From Acidobacteriota bacterium (GTDB lineage Bacteria > Acidobacteriota > UBA6911 > RPQK01 > JAJDTT01), in contig OZ253580.1 in the NCBI GenBank assembly GCA_965263035.1, positions 4,320,001-4,384,000 of the forward strand: a DNA stretch of 64,000 nucleotides, given 5' to 3'. The notes under the pieces were generated by a model, which was given only the letters and a program-made list of their open reading frames with translations, did no database searches and was not told where the DNA came from. This document shows positions 50,102-59,175 of the stretch, in pieces; the first letter of the stretch is position 1; the number at the start of each line of letters is the position of its first letter. The position numbers were made by a program, and so were the translations under genes.

Positions 50102-50896
50102 TCAGGCCGCGGTCCAGCCCGCGTCCACCATCAGGTTGTTCCCGGTGATGTGACGAGCCGATTCGGAGCAGAGAAAGAGGATCGCCTGGGCCAGCTCCTC
50201 GGGTTCCACCCACTCCTTCTGAGGGATGGGGCCAAACATGACCTTTTCCAGAACCTGCTGCCGTGAGAGTCCGTGAAGCTCGGCCTGCTTGTCGACCTGA
50301 TTCTCCGTCAGGCGAGTCCGCGTATAACCGGGTGAGACGGCGTTGACCGTGATGCCCCGGGTGGCCACTTCCAGGGCCACGGTCCGGGTGAGTCCCAGCA
50401 GGCCGTGCTTGGCGCTCACGTAGGCCGTTTTGAAGGGGGAGGCCACCACGGCGTGAATGGAGGTCATGTTGATGATCCGTCCCCACCCCTGGGCCGTCAT
50501 ACCGGGTACGAAGCGCCGGATGTAGAGAAAGGGTCCCCGCAGCAGGATGCCGTTCAGCCGGTCCCACTCCGGAATAGGGAATTCCTCCACCGGACTGAGG
50601 TATTGCACGCCGGCGTTGTTGACCAGAATCTGAACCGTCCCCAGCGCCCTTGTGCAGTCTTCGTGGACCCGGTCCACGTCGCCTTCCGCGGCCACGTCCG
50701 CGATCAACGCCAGCGCCCTCCCTCCCTGCTGCCGGATGGAAGCCGCTACGGCTTCTACGGCGTCTCGGTCCAGGTCCACGCAGCAGACGGCGGCGCCGGC
50801 CGAAGCCAGAGCGAAGGCCACCTCACGGCCGATGCCGTTGCCCGCGCCCGTCACCAGCGCAACTCGTCCCTCCAAATTCACGGCTGCAGCATTCAT
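50102..50896 (-). CDS. 3-hydroxybutyrate dehydrogenase (SDR)
   Basis: NNAGVQY.SPVEEF, SIH..VASPFKTAYVSAKHG, DAGWTA. Confidence 0.85.
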   Translation of the reverse strand: MNAAAVNLEGRVALVTGAGNGIGREVAFALASAGAAVCCVDLDRDAVEAVAASIRQQGGRALALIADVAAEGDVDRVHEDCTRALGTVQILVNNAGVQYLSPVEEFPIPEWDRLNGILLRGPFLYIRRFVPGMTAQGWGRIINMTSIHAVVASPFKTAYVSAKHGLLGLTRTVALEVATRGITVNAVSPGYTRTRLTENQVDKQAELHGLSRQQVLEKVMFGPIPQKEWVEPEELAQAILFLCSESARHITGNNLMVDAGWTAA

Positions 50897-51228
50897 GGTC
50901 CGTCTCCCTCTCCCTCCAGTTCCTCCAGTGCCCGGACCAGCTCTTCCCGCGCATGCTGGTTCCCCTGCGATTCGGCGATCCGGATGCCGCGAGCGAGGGC
51001 CTCCCGAGCCTGCCCGATTTCTCCCGACAGGACCAGAGCCGCTCCGAACTGGTAGTAGGCAGGGACGTACTGGGGGTGGCACTCCACCAAGCGGCCGAAG
51101 GTCTGGATGGTTTCCTCGATCCTGCCCAACCGTTTGTACTCCATGGCCAGACCGTAGAGCGGAAAGGGATCGTCAGAGCCCTTGCCCACCAATTGCCGGA
51201 GCCTTTCCAGTCGGGAGGGAGCAGACAT
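50893..51228 (-). CDS. Small TPR protein
   Basis: DPFPLYGLAMEY, YVPAYYQFG, GNQHA. Confidence 0.8.
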   Translation of the reverse strand: MSAPSRLERLRQLVGKGSDDPFPLYGLAMEYKRLGRIEETIQTFGRLVECHPQYVPAYYQFGAALVLSGEIGQAREALARGIRIAESQGNQHAREELVRALEELEGEGDGP

Positions 51229-51234
51229 GAGTTC

Positions 51235-52089
51235 CTACCTCTGCGCCCATTTGAGCTTCTCTCTCAAGACATCGAAGAAGCTCTTGTTGTGGGGCTTGAT
51301 CAGTTCAATTCGACGGTGGGAGCTGGTGCAGACGATCTCGTCCCCCTCCGCGAGCTCCACTCCCTGCTGGCCATCGACGGTCAACATGACGTCTTCGCCC
51401 GAAGTCAGAGTGATCCGGATCTCGCTTTCCGGAGGAAAGACCAGAGGGCGGTTGGTCAGGGTGTGGGGACAGATGGGAGTCACCACGGTGCAGGCCAGGG
51501 AGGGCAGTACGATGGGGCCGCCAGCGGCGAGGGAATAGGCGGTGGAGCCGGTCGGAGTGGCGATGATGAGACCATCGGCCAGGAACGTGGCCATGAAATC
51601 CTCATCGATGTAAGCATCCAGCTGGATGATCCGGGCCAGGGCGCCCTTGGTGATGACCACGTCGTTCAGGGCGTGAAAGCTGGCGCTGGACCCGTCGCTC
51701 CGCTTGACGGTGGCGTCGAGAAGCCGTCTCTCGTCGATCCGATGCTCGCCCTTCAGCAGCCGGTCCAGGGCTTCATACAGCTCGTCCAGAGTGACCTCGG
51801 TGAGGAATCCCAGGGAACCCAGATTCACTGCCAGGATGGGTGCGTTGTTGTCACCGATCGCCCGGGCCACCGAGAGGATGGTGCCGTCGCCTCCGAAGAC
51901 GATGATGGCGTCGACCTGGGAAGGCATCTGCTCCCGGGTCACTCCCGGGTAACCCGAGAGTCCGAAGTTCTCCAGGACGCTCTCCTCCACCAGTGTCTCG
52001 CAACCTCTCCGGCGCAGCCATTGCAAAATCTCCTCCAGGTTGCGGGCGAACTCGGTGCGGTGCGGTTTGGAAACGACTCCTACTCTCAA
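51235..52089 (-). CDS. nadK: NAD(+)/NADH kinase
   Basis: GGDGT, NLGSLGFL, ALNDVV, ADGLIIATPTGSTAYSL; probable TTG start. Confidence 0.93.
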   Translation of the reverse strand: MRVGVVSKPHRTEFARNLEEILQWLRRRGCETLVEESVLENFGLSGYPGVTREQMPSQVDAIIVFGGDGTILSVARAIGDNNAPILAVNLGSLGFLTEVTLDELYEALDRLLKGEHRIDERRLLDATVKRSDGSSASFHALNDVVITKGALARIIQLDAYIDEDFMATFLADGLIIATPTGSTAYSLAAGGPIVLPSLACTVVTPICPHTLTNRPLVFPPESEIRITLTSGEDVMLTVDGQQGVELAEGDEIVCTSSHRRIELIKPHNKSFFDVLREKLKWAQR

Positions 52090-52129
52090 CGCCTCCGTTC
52101 TCCCCAACCCTTGGATTCGTTTGGGTCTC

Positions 52130-52405
52130 TCAGTCCTGGCTTCGCCGCAGGAACTTGTCCCGGCACTCCTCGGAGCAGAAGTAGAGGTTCGTGTCCTTGG
52201 TGCGTGTCCGGATCGCCAAGTCGGTGGCAACGTAGATTCCGCATTGGGGATCTTTCACCATCCGCCCGCGGACCGTGGCGCGGGCTCGGTTCGAACGACC
52301 CCGGGACTGGTTTCCGGAGGCCCTCCGCCTGGTTCCGAAAATACGTGCGATGATTGCCCGCACGACCAAGAGCAGAAGCAGAAAGATCAGAAACCGGTAC
52401 AACAC
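52130..52405 (-). CDS. YHS/TRASH domain protein
   Basis: KDPQCGIYV ... YFCSEEC after an N-terminal TM helix. Confidence 0.8.
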   Translation of the reverse strand: MLYRFLIFLLLLLVVRAIIARIFGTRRRASGNQSRGRSNRARATVRGRMVKDPQCGIYVATDLAIRTRTKDTNLYFCSEECRDKFLRRSQD

Positions 52406-52414
52406 TGTCCATCC

Positions 52415-53005
52415 TCAGGACTGCTCTTGATTCAGGTGTCCGCGAGCGTTGTTGATATGTTTCTCGATCTGCTCCCTGTGAGGATACTCCGGGTGGGCCG
52501 CCAAGAGTCTCTGCCAGATCCGGATCGCCGCTTCGAATTCTCCGGTAGCGAAGTGGGCAATGCCCAGATTCTGCAGGGTCTGGGCGTGATTCGAGTCCAG
52601 GGAAAGGGACTTCCGGTAGGACTCGATGGCCGATTCCACCTGACCCTGGTAGAGCTGGGCCGTTCCCAGGTCGGTTCGGACGCTCACGTTGCCGGGATCC
52701 AATTCCAGGGCCTCCGCATACCAGGAAGCGGCCGCGTCGAAGCGCTTCATGTCGTAGTACGAATTGCCCAGTAGGATTCGCACTTCCTTGTCTTCGGGAT
52801 GATCCGTGGCACGCTCCTGGAGTTGAGCCAACTGCTCCAGCACTTTCGGAGGGGGGTGATCGGAAGGCAGGGCGGAGGAGTTTTCCTGCGCTTGGGGCGC
52901 CGACTCGGAAACTGTGGCCTCTTGCTGAATTCGAGCGGCGAAGAAACCGAGGATGAACCCTATGGCGACGCCCGTCGCGACCGCCACCCGCGGTTTGTTC
53001 TGCAT
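52415..53005 (-). CDS. Membrane-anchored TPR protein
   Basis: N-terminal TM, LPSDHP, LGNSYYD, VRTDLG TPR motifs. Confidence 0.85.
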   Translation of the reverse strand: MQNKPRVAVATGVAIGFILGFFAARIQQEATVSESAPQAQENSSALPSDHPPPKVLEQLAQLQERATDHPEDKEVRILLGNSYYDMKRFDAAASWYAEALELDPGNVSVRTDLGTAQLYQGQVESAIESYRKSLSLDSNHAQTLQNLGIAHFATGEFEAAIRIWQRLLAAHPEYPHREQIEKHINNARGHLNQEQS

Positions 53006-53106
53006 CGGGGCGCATATGTTATCATAATTCCTTCGGTGGGCCGTTGGAGTTTCGGCGGATTCGACGAATTGGCGAGACGAACTTCCCTTCCAAGGACCGT
53101 TAAACC

Positions 53107-53814
53107 ATGTATCGGGGCCAGGATATCGGTGATCGCGATCAACTCGTTGCGACTTGTATCGAGATCCTGAAGTCCGGTAGCGAAGCCGAGCGGTACAAGA
53201 TCCTTCCTCACGTGAGTGTGACTCGTTGCAAGCGTTTCCTGGACCCGTTGCTGGAACTGCTGGGCTCCGCCACTCCAGGAGACAAGGAATTTGCGGCGTT
53301 GGCGCTGGGTGCGTTGGGCGATCCGGAGGCGATCGACCCGTTGTTCACCGTCTTGCAGGACGCCCACGTCTTCAACACGGGCCGGAACGCCTCTCTGGAA
53401 GCTACGGTCATCCTCACCCTTGGCGAGATTGGCGACGAAAAAGCCGTCGATCTACTGCTCCGAGTCTATGACCTGCGTTATCTCGGTGAACCGTCTGCCC
53501 ACAACCGCAAGGTGAACGTGCTGTCGGCGTTGGGCCTGCTGGCTCAGCAGGGAAGTGAGCGTGCCGTCGGCGAGTTATTGACGTTGGCCGCTCAGGAGGT
53601 TTCCGGCCGGCAGGCGCAGGCCGTCACCGAATTGTCCGTCGCCTATTGGCATCGAGCCCATCAGGTTCCGGATACGGTCCTGAAGGTCATATACAAGATC
53701 GCCCAGTCTGGCACGGATGAAGTCCGAAGGGCGGCGGTCGCTGCCCTCTCGACGCTGGCGAACCTGGGTTGCCGCAGGGCCGAAGGCTATTTCTCCGCTC
53801 CGGCATCCGGCTGA
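53107..53814 (+). CDS. HEAT repeat protein
   Basis: AALALGALGDPEAIDPL, LGEIGDEKAV, VRRAAVAAL. Confidence 0.8.
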   Translation: MYRGQDIGDRDQLVATCIEILKSGSEAERYKILPHVSVTRCKRFLDPLLELLGSATPGDKEFAALALGALGDPEAIDPLFTVLQDAHVFNTGRNASLEATVILTLGEIGDEKAVDLLLRVYDLRYLGEPSAHNRKVNVLSALGLLAQQGSERAVGELLTLAAQEVSGRQAQAVTELSVAYWHRAHQVPDTVLKVIYKIAQSGTDEVRRAAVAALSTLANLGCRRAEGYFSAPASG

Positions 53815-54002
53815 AACCGGCTCCCTGATTTCCAGTCTCGTCTCTCCGAAGAAAGCTGTCTCCCTGCCACCGAAACCGGTGCCAGGAATTGGTGCGGGCA
53901 GAGGTGGTGAAATCGGCGAGACGTAATTCAGGACGCACCGGACAACGCCCGTCTCTGCCGCCAATCAGGAGGTAAAACCGGCCCGGTGAGGCTGGCCCTT
54001 AA

Positions 54003-54162
54003 CAGTCCGTGGCAAAAGTCCCGCGAGCACCGAGACCATTTCTGCGCCCGCCGGACAAGGCGCAACGGAGGGAGCATGCCGGGAGTATGTGAGCCGATAG
54101 CAACGCAGTCCGCGCACGATGCAGGGACGGTCGAATGCCGTGACGACTTTTGCCACGGGCTG
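54003..54162 (-). mobile_element. MITE family B copy 2 (160 bp)
   Basis: TIR CAGTCCGTGGCAAAAGTC / GACTTTTGCCACGGGCTG; reverse homolog of 42699-42856; abuts a TAA stop codon. Confidence 0.8.
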
Positions 54163-55185
54163 TTATTGACCGCCCTTCAACTGCTTGACCAGATCTCGGG
54201 CCACCGGCGCATTCTCCCCGTCGGGATTGAGCTTGGCGTATTCGGACAGATGCGTAATGGCCCCGTCCAGCTTGTTCATACCCAGCAGGACGATACCGAG
54301 CTGGTAATGGGCTTCGGCGTGCGTGGGGTCGGATGCGACCGCGTTTTGCAGGGCCTCCGCTGCGCCTTGGTTCTGTCCCTTGTTGATGAAGGTGACGCCC
54401 ATATTGTAGTAGTTGATAGCAGCGGCGGCCGGGTCGATGGCGGCGTTGAGTTCGGCCGATTTCTTGAAGGATTCCTCGGCTTTGGACGAATTCCCCATGT
54501 TGGCGTAGATGTTTCCCAGGTTCTGGTAGAAGTTGGCGTTGCTGGGAGCCATCTCGATGGCCTTGTCGTACGCTCCAATGGCGTCATTGTGCTGTTTCAG
54601 CTTCAGGTAGGCGTTGCCGAGATTGGCCCAGATGGACGGCCGTTTGGGATCCTTGGCGACGCATTCCCGGAATGCCACCACCGCTTCCTCGAACTGACCC
54701 AGATTGAAGGCCATGATTCCCCGGTTGTAGGCGGCCCGGACCTCCTTGACCACGGTCTGTTGCTGCATGAACTGTTGCCGCTCTTCCTTGCTCATCTCGA
54801 AGGCCAGCCTGCCCGACTTGCCCTCCTTGAGGGTGAAGTCGACGGTGCCCCGCTTGCCGCCGCCCCTGGGGTCGAAGCCGCCGTCATCGACGCCGAAACT
54901 GGCGCGAACGCCGGACTCGTATTCGGTGCGGTAGCCTGGTTTGCGAGCCACCACCGTGTAGGTGGCCTGGAGACTCACGGCGCCGTGGTAGTACTTTCCC
55001 TTCTTGTTGGTCTTGAGGTTGTATTTCCGGCTGGTGGCCTCGCTTCGAATCGAGACCTCGACACCCTCGACTGGATTGCCTGCAGAGTCCGTGATTGTTC
55101 CTTCCAACTGTCCCACCTGAGCTTCCAGGTTCGGAGCTGTGAGAAGGAGCAGTACGACGGCGATGGGGATCGTGGAGTATTTCAT
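54163..55185 (-). CDS. TPR protein with carboxypeptidase-regulatory-like domain
   Basis: Signal peptide; GTITDSAGNPVEGV; TPR motifs. Confidence 0.85.
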   Translation of the reverse strand: MKYSTIPIAVVLLLLTAPNLEAQVGQLEGTITDSAGNPVEGVEVSIRSEATSRKYNLKTNKKGKYYHGAVSLQATYTVVARKPGYRTEYESGVRASFGVDDGGFDPRGGGKRGTVDFTLKEGKSGRLAFEMSKEERQQFMQQQTVVKEVRAAYNRGIMAFNLGQFEEAVVAFRECVAKDPKRPSIWANLGNAYLKLKQHNDAIGAYDKAIEMAPSNANFYQNLGNIYANMGNSSKAEESFKKSAELNAAIDPAAAAINYYNMGVTFINKGQNQGAAEALQNAVASDPTHAEAHYQLGIVLLGMNKLDGAITHLSEYAKLNPDGENAPVARDLVKQLKGGQ

Positions 55186-57173
55186 GAGTCTGCCTTTCTC
55201 AATCGTGGCCCATCGGAAGCCGGATCTTCACGATCCTGACCCGATGACCACCACTCATTGGCCGAGATCCTGATGGCTTCAATATTATCGACGATGGGAA
55301 AGCTTGGCAAGCTGCGGGTGAAGAGGGATCCGTAGCGCCGAGTGCGAAGGCGGCTGTCGAACACCCCCAGAATTCCGCGGTCTTTCCGGGAGCGGATCAG
55401 ACGTCCCAACCCCTGCCGCAAGGCGATGGTGGCCGCCGGAACCGAGTAGCGGAGAAACGAGTTCTCTCCCTGTTCCTCCAGCCGGTTGAGCCGAGCGGCC
55501 ACCACCGGTTCGGTGGGGACCTGGAAGGGGAGTTTGTCGATCAAGACCGCCCTGAGGGCGTCTCCCGGCACGTCTACTCCCTGCCAGAAGCTGGAGGTGG
55601 CGCAGAGCACCGCGTGAGGCGTCTGCCGGAACTCGTGGAGCAGCTGCGACTGGGGACGGTCCCCCTGGCGGAGCAGGGGATAGGGCAGGCGTTCAATCAT
55701 CAGGTCGTGGACCCGGTTGAGCTGCAGATAGCTGGTGAAGAGCAGGAACGCGTGCCCCTGGGTCAGCTCGAGGATTTCCTCCAGCTGCCGGACCAGTTGG
55801 ATCAGGTATCCGGGCGAGCCCGGCTCCGGGAAGCGCTTGGGAATGTAGAGGAGCGACTGTTTCGCATAGTCGAACTCGCCGGCGGTGACCATCTGACGAG
55901 CCTCGCCCAGGCCCAGGCGGGTCCGAACGTAGGAGAAGTCTCCGCTGGTGGTGAGAGTTGCGGAGAGCAGTATGGCGGACGGGACCTGGGCAAAGAGCCT
56001 CTGTTCCAAGGTTGAGGCCACCTCGATCGGAGTCAGATTGAGGAATGTGCCGCGGCCCCGGCGCCGCATCCAATGGACACTCTCCCGATCTTCCAGGTCG
56101 AAGAATCGTTCCAGGTGAAGGGCCAGCGATTCCACCCGGCGCAGCAGCATGTCCCGTTCCTGGTGGGACGGGTCCCGCAGACTCAACTTGCCGTGAAGAT
56201 TCGACAAGGTCCTTGCCAACTGGCGGTAGGCGTCGAGGGCGGGAACACGCAAGTCGGCCGGCGTGCCGTCGGCTCGTCTCGCCGAATCGAGAGCCCATGT
56301 TCCTTCGGCGGCCGGCAGGGCGGAAAACAACATCTCGGCACGGGACTCGAGGTCGCGAACGGCCCGCATCGAATCGGTGTCGGGATAGGATGCGGCCAGA
56401 TCCCGAGCCAGCTCCTCCACCTGATAGCTGCTGATTCGTTTCCCCAGGTGGGTGCAGGCGATCTCCTCGACTGCGTGAGCTTCATCCAGGATCAGCGTGG
56501 AGAAATCGGGGAGGATGCTCCCCAGCTCATCGACTTCCAGGGCCAGATGAGCGAAGAAGAGGGCATGGTTGACGATGATGACGTCTGCTTCCAGAGCCTT
56601 TTGGCGCATGCGCGTGATGAAGCAGCGATCGAAGTGGGAGCATTTCTGACCCGTGCAGCTCTCGCTCCGGGCATCCAGTTCTCTCCAGAGGGGATCCGAA
56701 TCGGACATCCATTCCAATTCGGAACGGTCGCCGGTTTCGGTCTCGAGAGCCCACTCCGACAGGGCCTGCCGAGACTGGAGCCACTCTTGGGACAGGGAGA
56801 GCGATCTGGCATGGTGCTCCAGCTTCCGAAGACAGAGATAGTTCTGGCGCCCCTTCATGTAGGTCACCTTCATGTCGGGGAAGAGGTGCCGCCGAATGAA
56901 AGGGACGTCCTTCAGGTAGAGCTGTTCTTGAAGATTGCGTGTTGCCGTGGAGATGATGGTCTTGCGGCGGCTGGCGATGGCCGGAACCAGATAGGCCAGG
57001 GTCTTGCCGGTTCCGGTGCCGGCTTCGGCACAGAGGTGATGGCCTTGCTGAATCGCTTCCAGAACCGAGAGGGACAATTCCAGTTGCGAAGGCCGGTATT
57101 CGTAACCCGGGAGTTCTCCGGCCAGCAGTCCTCCCGGGGAGAAGACCTCCTGAAGTGTGAATTCGGACGCCAT
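55182..57173 (-). CDS. dinG: ATP-dependent DNA helicase, DinG/YoaA family
   Basis: EAGTGTGKT, KGRQNYLC, DEAH, SATL, FWQGVD, QGLGRLIR. Confidence 0.9.
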   Translation of the reverse strand: MASEFTLQEVFSPGGLLAGELPGYEYRPSQLELSLSVLEAIQQGHHLCAEAGTGTGKTLAYLVPAIASRRKTIISTATRNLQEQLYLKDVPFIRRHLFPDMKVTYMKGRQNYLCLRKLEHHARSLSLSQEWLQSRQALSEWALETETGDRSELEWMSDSDPLWRELDARSESCTGQKCSHFDRCFITRMRQKALEADVIIVNHALFFAHLALEVDELGSILPDFSTLILDEAHAVEEIACTHLGKRISSYQVEELARDLAASYPDTDSMRAVRDLESRAEMLFSALPAAEGTWALDSARRADGTPADLRVPALDAYRQLARTLSNLHGKLSLRDPSHQERDMLLRRVESLALHLERFFDLEDRESVHWMRRRGRGTFLNLTPIEVASTLEQRLFAQVPSAILLSATLTTSGDFSYVRTRLGLGEARQMVTAGEFDYAKQSLLYIPKRFPEPGSPGYLIQLVRQLEEILELTQGHAFLLFTSYLQLNRVHDLMIERLPYPLLRQGDRPQSQLLHEFRQTPHAVLCATSSFWQGVDVPGDALRAVLIDKLPFQVPTEPVVAARLNRLEEQGENSFLRYSVPAATIALRQGLGRLIRSRKDRGILGVFDSRLRTRRYGSLFTRSLPSFPIVDNIEAIRISANEWWSSGQDREDPASDGPRLRKADS

Positions 57174-57257
57174 GACCAATCTGTGGTGAAAGGCCCTCGG
57201 GGCACCGAAACTGGGGCTGTGCCCGCCGGACCTTCGTCGAGACTTCGCTCACGCGGG

Positions 57258-58508
57258 TTACCGGAGACGGTCGGCATAGAAGGCGTGACGCCGGGTCAGT
57301 GACACGACTTCGCGGCCGATTCCGTCCAGGGCACCCTCGTCATCGCAATTCGTGAGAGCCTCGCCGATCCAACGCCCGATTCGATCCATCTCGGCCTCTT
57401 TCATGCCGCAGGTGGTCACCGTGGGGGTCCCGATCCGAATCCCGCTGGTGACCAGGGGGGGGTGGGCGTCGAAGGGGATCGTGTTTTTGTTGACCGTGAT
57501 TCGGGCCCGCTCCAGGGTCGCGTCCGCCCGCTTGCCGGTCAGGCCTCGAGAGAAGCAGTCCACCAGGAAAAGGTGGTTGTCGGTGCCGCCCGAAACGATC
57601 CGGAACCCCTGTTCCGCGACACTTCGGGCCAAGGCCTTGGCATTGGAAAGGACCTGCCGCTGATAGCTATTGAAGCCGGGGCTGAGGGCTTCCTTCAGGC
57701 AGACCGCCTTGGCCGCGATGATGTGAACCAGAGGCCCCCCCTGGGTGCCGGGAAAGACCAGCCGGTCGATTTGCTTCTTGTGCTCTTCGCGGCAGAGGAC
57801 GATGCCGCCTCGGGGTCCGCGAAGGGTCTTGTGGGTCGTCGTCGTAACGAAATCGGCGAAGGGAATGGGGCTGGGATGGAGGCCGGCCGCCACCGGACCG
57901 GCAATGTGGGCAATGTCGGCCAGCAGAAAAGCTCCGACGCCTCGAGCGATCTGGGACAGGCGATCAAAGTGGATGGTCCGGCTGTAGGCGCTGGCCCCGG
58001 CCACGATCATTCGGGGTTTCTCCCGTTTGGCCAGATCCTCCAACTCGTCGTAGTCGATCTCTTCCGTGTCCCGGCGGACGCCGTAGGCGGCGACGCGGAA
58101 ATACTTCCCGGAAAAGTTGAGGGGGTGCCCATGGGAAAGGTGGCCCCCGTGGGACAGGTTCATGCCCAGAATCTTGTCACCCGGCTCGAGCGCGGCCAGA
58201 TAGACGGCGATGTTGGCCTGGGTACCCGAGTGAGGTTGGACGTTGGCATGGTCGGCTCCGAAGAGTTGTTTGGCTCTCTCGATAGCCAACGACTCCACCA
58301 CGTCCACATGCTCGCAGCCTCCGTAGTACCGGCGGCCCGGGTAGCCTTCCGCGTATTTGTTGGTGAAGACCGATCCCATGGCCTCCAGGACCGCCTCACT
58401 GACGTAGTTCTCGGAGGCGATGAGCTCCAGGGTCTCGCTCTGTCTGCGGGTTTCTTGGGAGATGGCCTCGGCCACTTCCGGATCTGTCTCGTACAAGGAT
58501 CGATGCAT
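57258..58508 (-). CDS. glyA: Serine hydroxymethyltransferase
   Basis: [33 protein letters not shown]. Confidence 0.98.
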   Translation of the reverse strand: MHRSLYETDPEVAEAISQETRRQSETLELIASENYVSEAVLEAMGSVFTNKYAEGYPGRRYYGGCEHVDVVESLAIERAKQLFGADHANVQPHSGTQANIAVYLAALEPGDKILGMNLSHGGHLSHGHPLNFSGKYFRVAAYGVRRDTEEIDYDELEDLAKREKPRMIVAGASAYSRTIHFDRLSQIARGVGAFLLADIAHIAGPVAAGLHPSPIPFADFVTTTTHKTLRGPRGGIVLCREEHKKQIDRLVFPGTQGGPLVHIIAAKAVCLKEALSPGFNSYQRQVLSNAKALARSVAEQGFRIVSGGTDNHLFLVDCFSRGLTGKRADATLERARITVNKNTIPFDAHPPLVTSGIRIGTPTVTTCGMKEAEMDRIGRWIGEALTNCDDEGALDGIGREVVSLTRRHAFYADRLR

Positions 58509-58663
58509 GGTTGCTGCGTCTCCAATCGCGGCCCGGGACCGGCTGCCTTCCTTGGTCCTGTACTGCCGCTATGCGTCCCCGTCGCGCCTTGACCGGCGGG
58601 TTCTTCACCGGCTTCTCTTGATTTGCAGGGACGGTCGCCACGGACTGTCGAGCGCCGGCGGAG

Positions 58664-59101
58664 TCAGCGCTCCAGCGATGAAATCTTGCGGACTCGGCGG
58701 TCATGGCGGCCGCCTTCAAAACCGACCCGGAGCCATTCTCGCACCATGGAAAGGGCCAGCTTCGGCTCGAGAGTTCGAGCGCCCAAGGCCAGCACGTTGG
58801 CGTGGTTGTGCTGGCGGCAGAGACGAACCGTTTCCAGGTCGTGGCAGACGGCCGCCCGGACACCGAAGAACTTGTTGGCGGCGATGGCCATGCCGATCCC
58901 GGTGCCGCAGACGAGGATGCCGCGCTCGGCGTTGCCGGTCGAGACACTCTGGGCCACCGATGCCGCGAAGTCAGGATAGTCCACGCTCTCGTCCGTGTGG
59001 GCTCCCTGGTCGGTGACTTCGTGGTGATCGGCTTCGAGCATGTCTCTGATCCGGTCTTTGAGTGCTACTCCGGCGTGATCAGCGCCAATCCAAATCTGCA
59101 T
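58664..59101 (-). CDS. rpiB: Ribose-5-phosphate isomerase B
   Basis: GADHAG, VDYPD, CGTGIGM, HNHANVL, FEGGRH. Confidence 0.97.
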   Translation of the reverse strand: MQIWIGADHAGVALKDRIRDMLEADHHEVTDQGAHTDESVDYPDFAASVAQSVSTGNAERGILVCGTGIGMAIAANKFFGVRAAVCHDLETVRLCRQHNHANVLALGARTLEPKLALSMVREWLRVGFEGGRHDRRVRKISSLER

Positions 59102-59175
59102 GCGCGAGGCTCCGACAGAAGGGATGGTAGCTCACTTGACTTGATCCGGTCAAACCGATAAAAACAGCGCTTCCC

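Noticed and set aside
58509-58663. Possible ZTP (pfl) or glycine riboswitch upstream of glyA
   Set aside because: Consensus motifs not found; the sequence instead resembles a decayed MITE B
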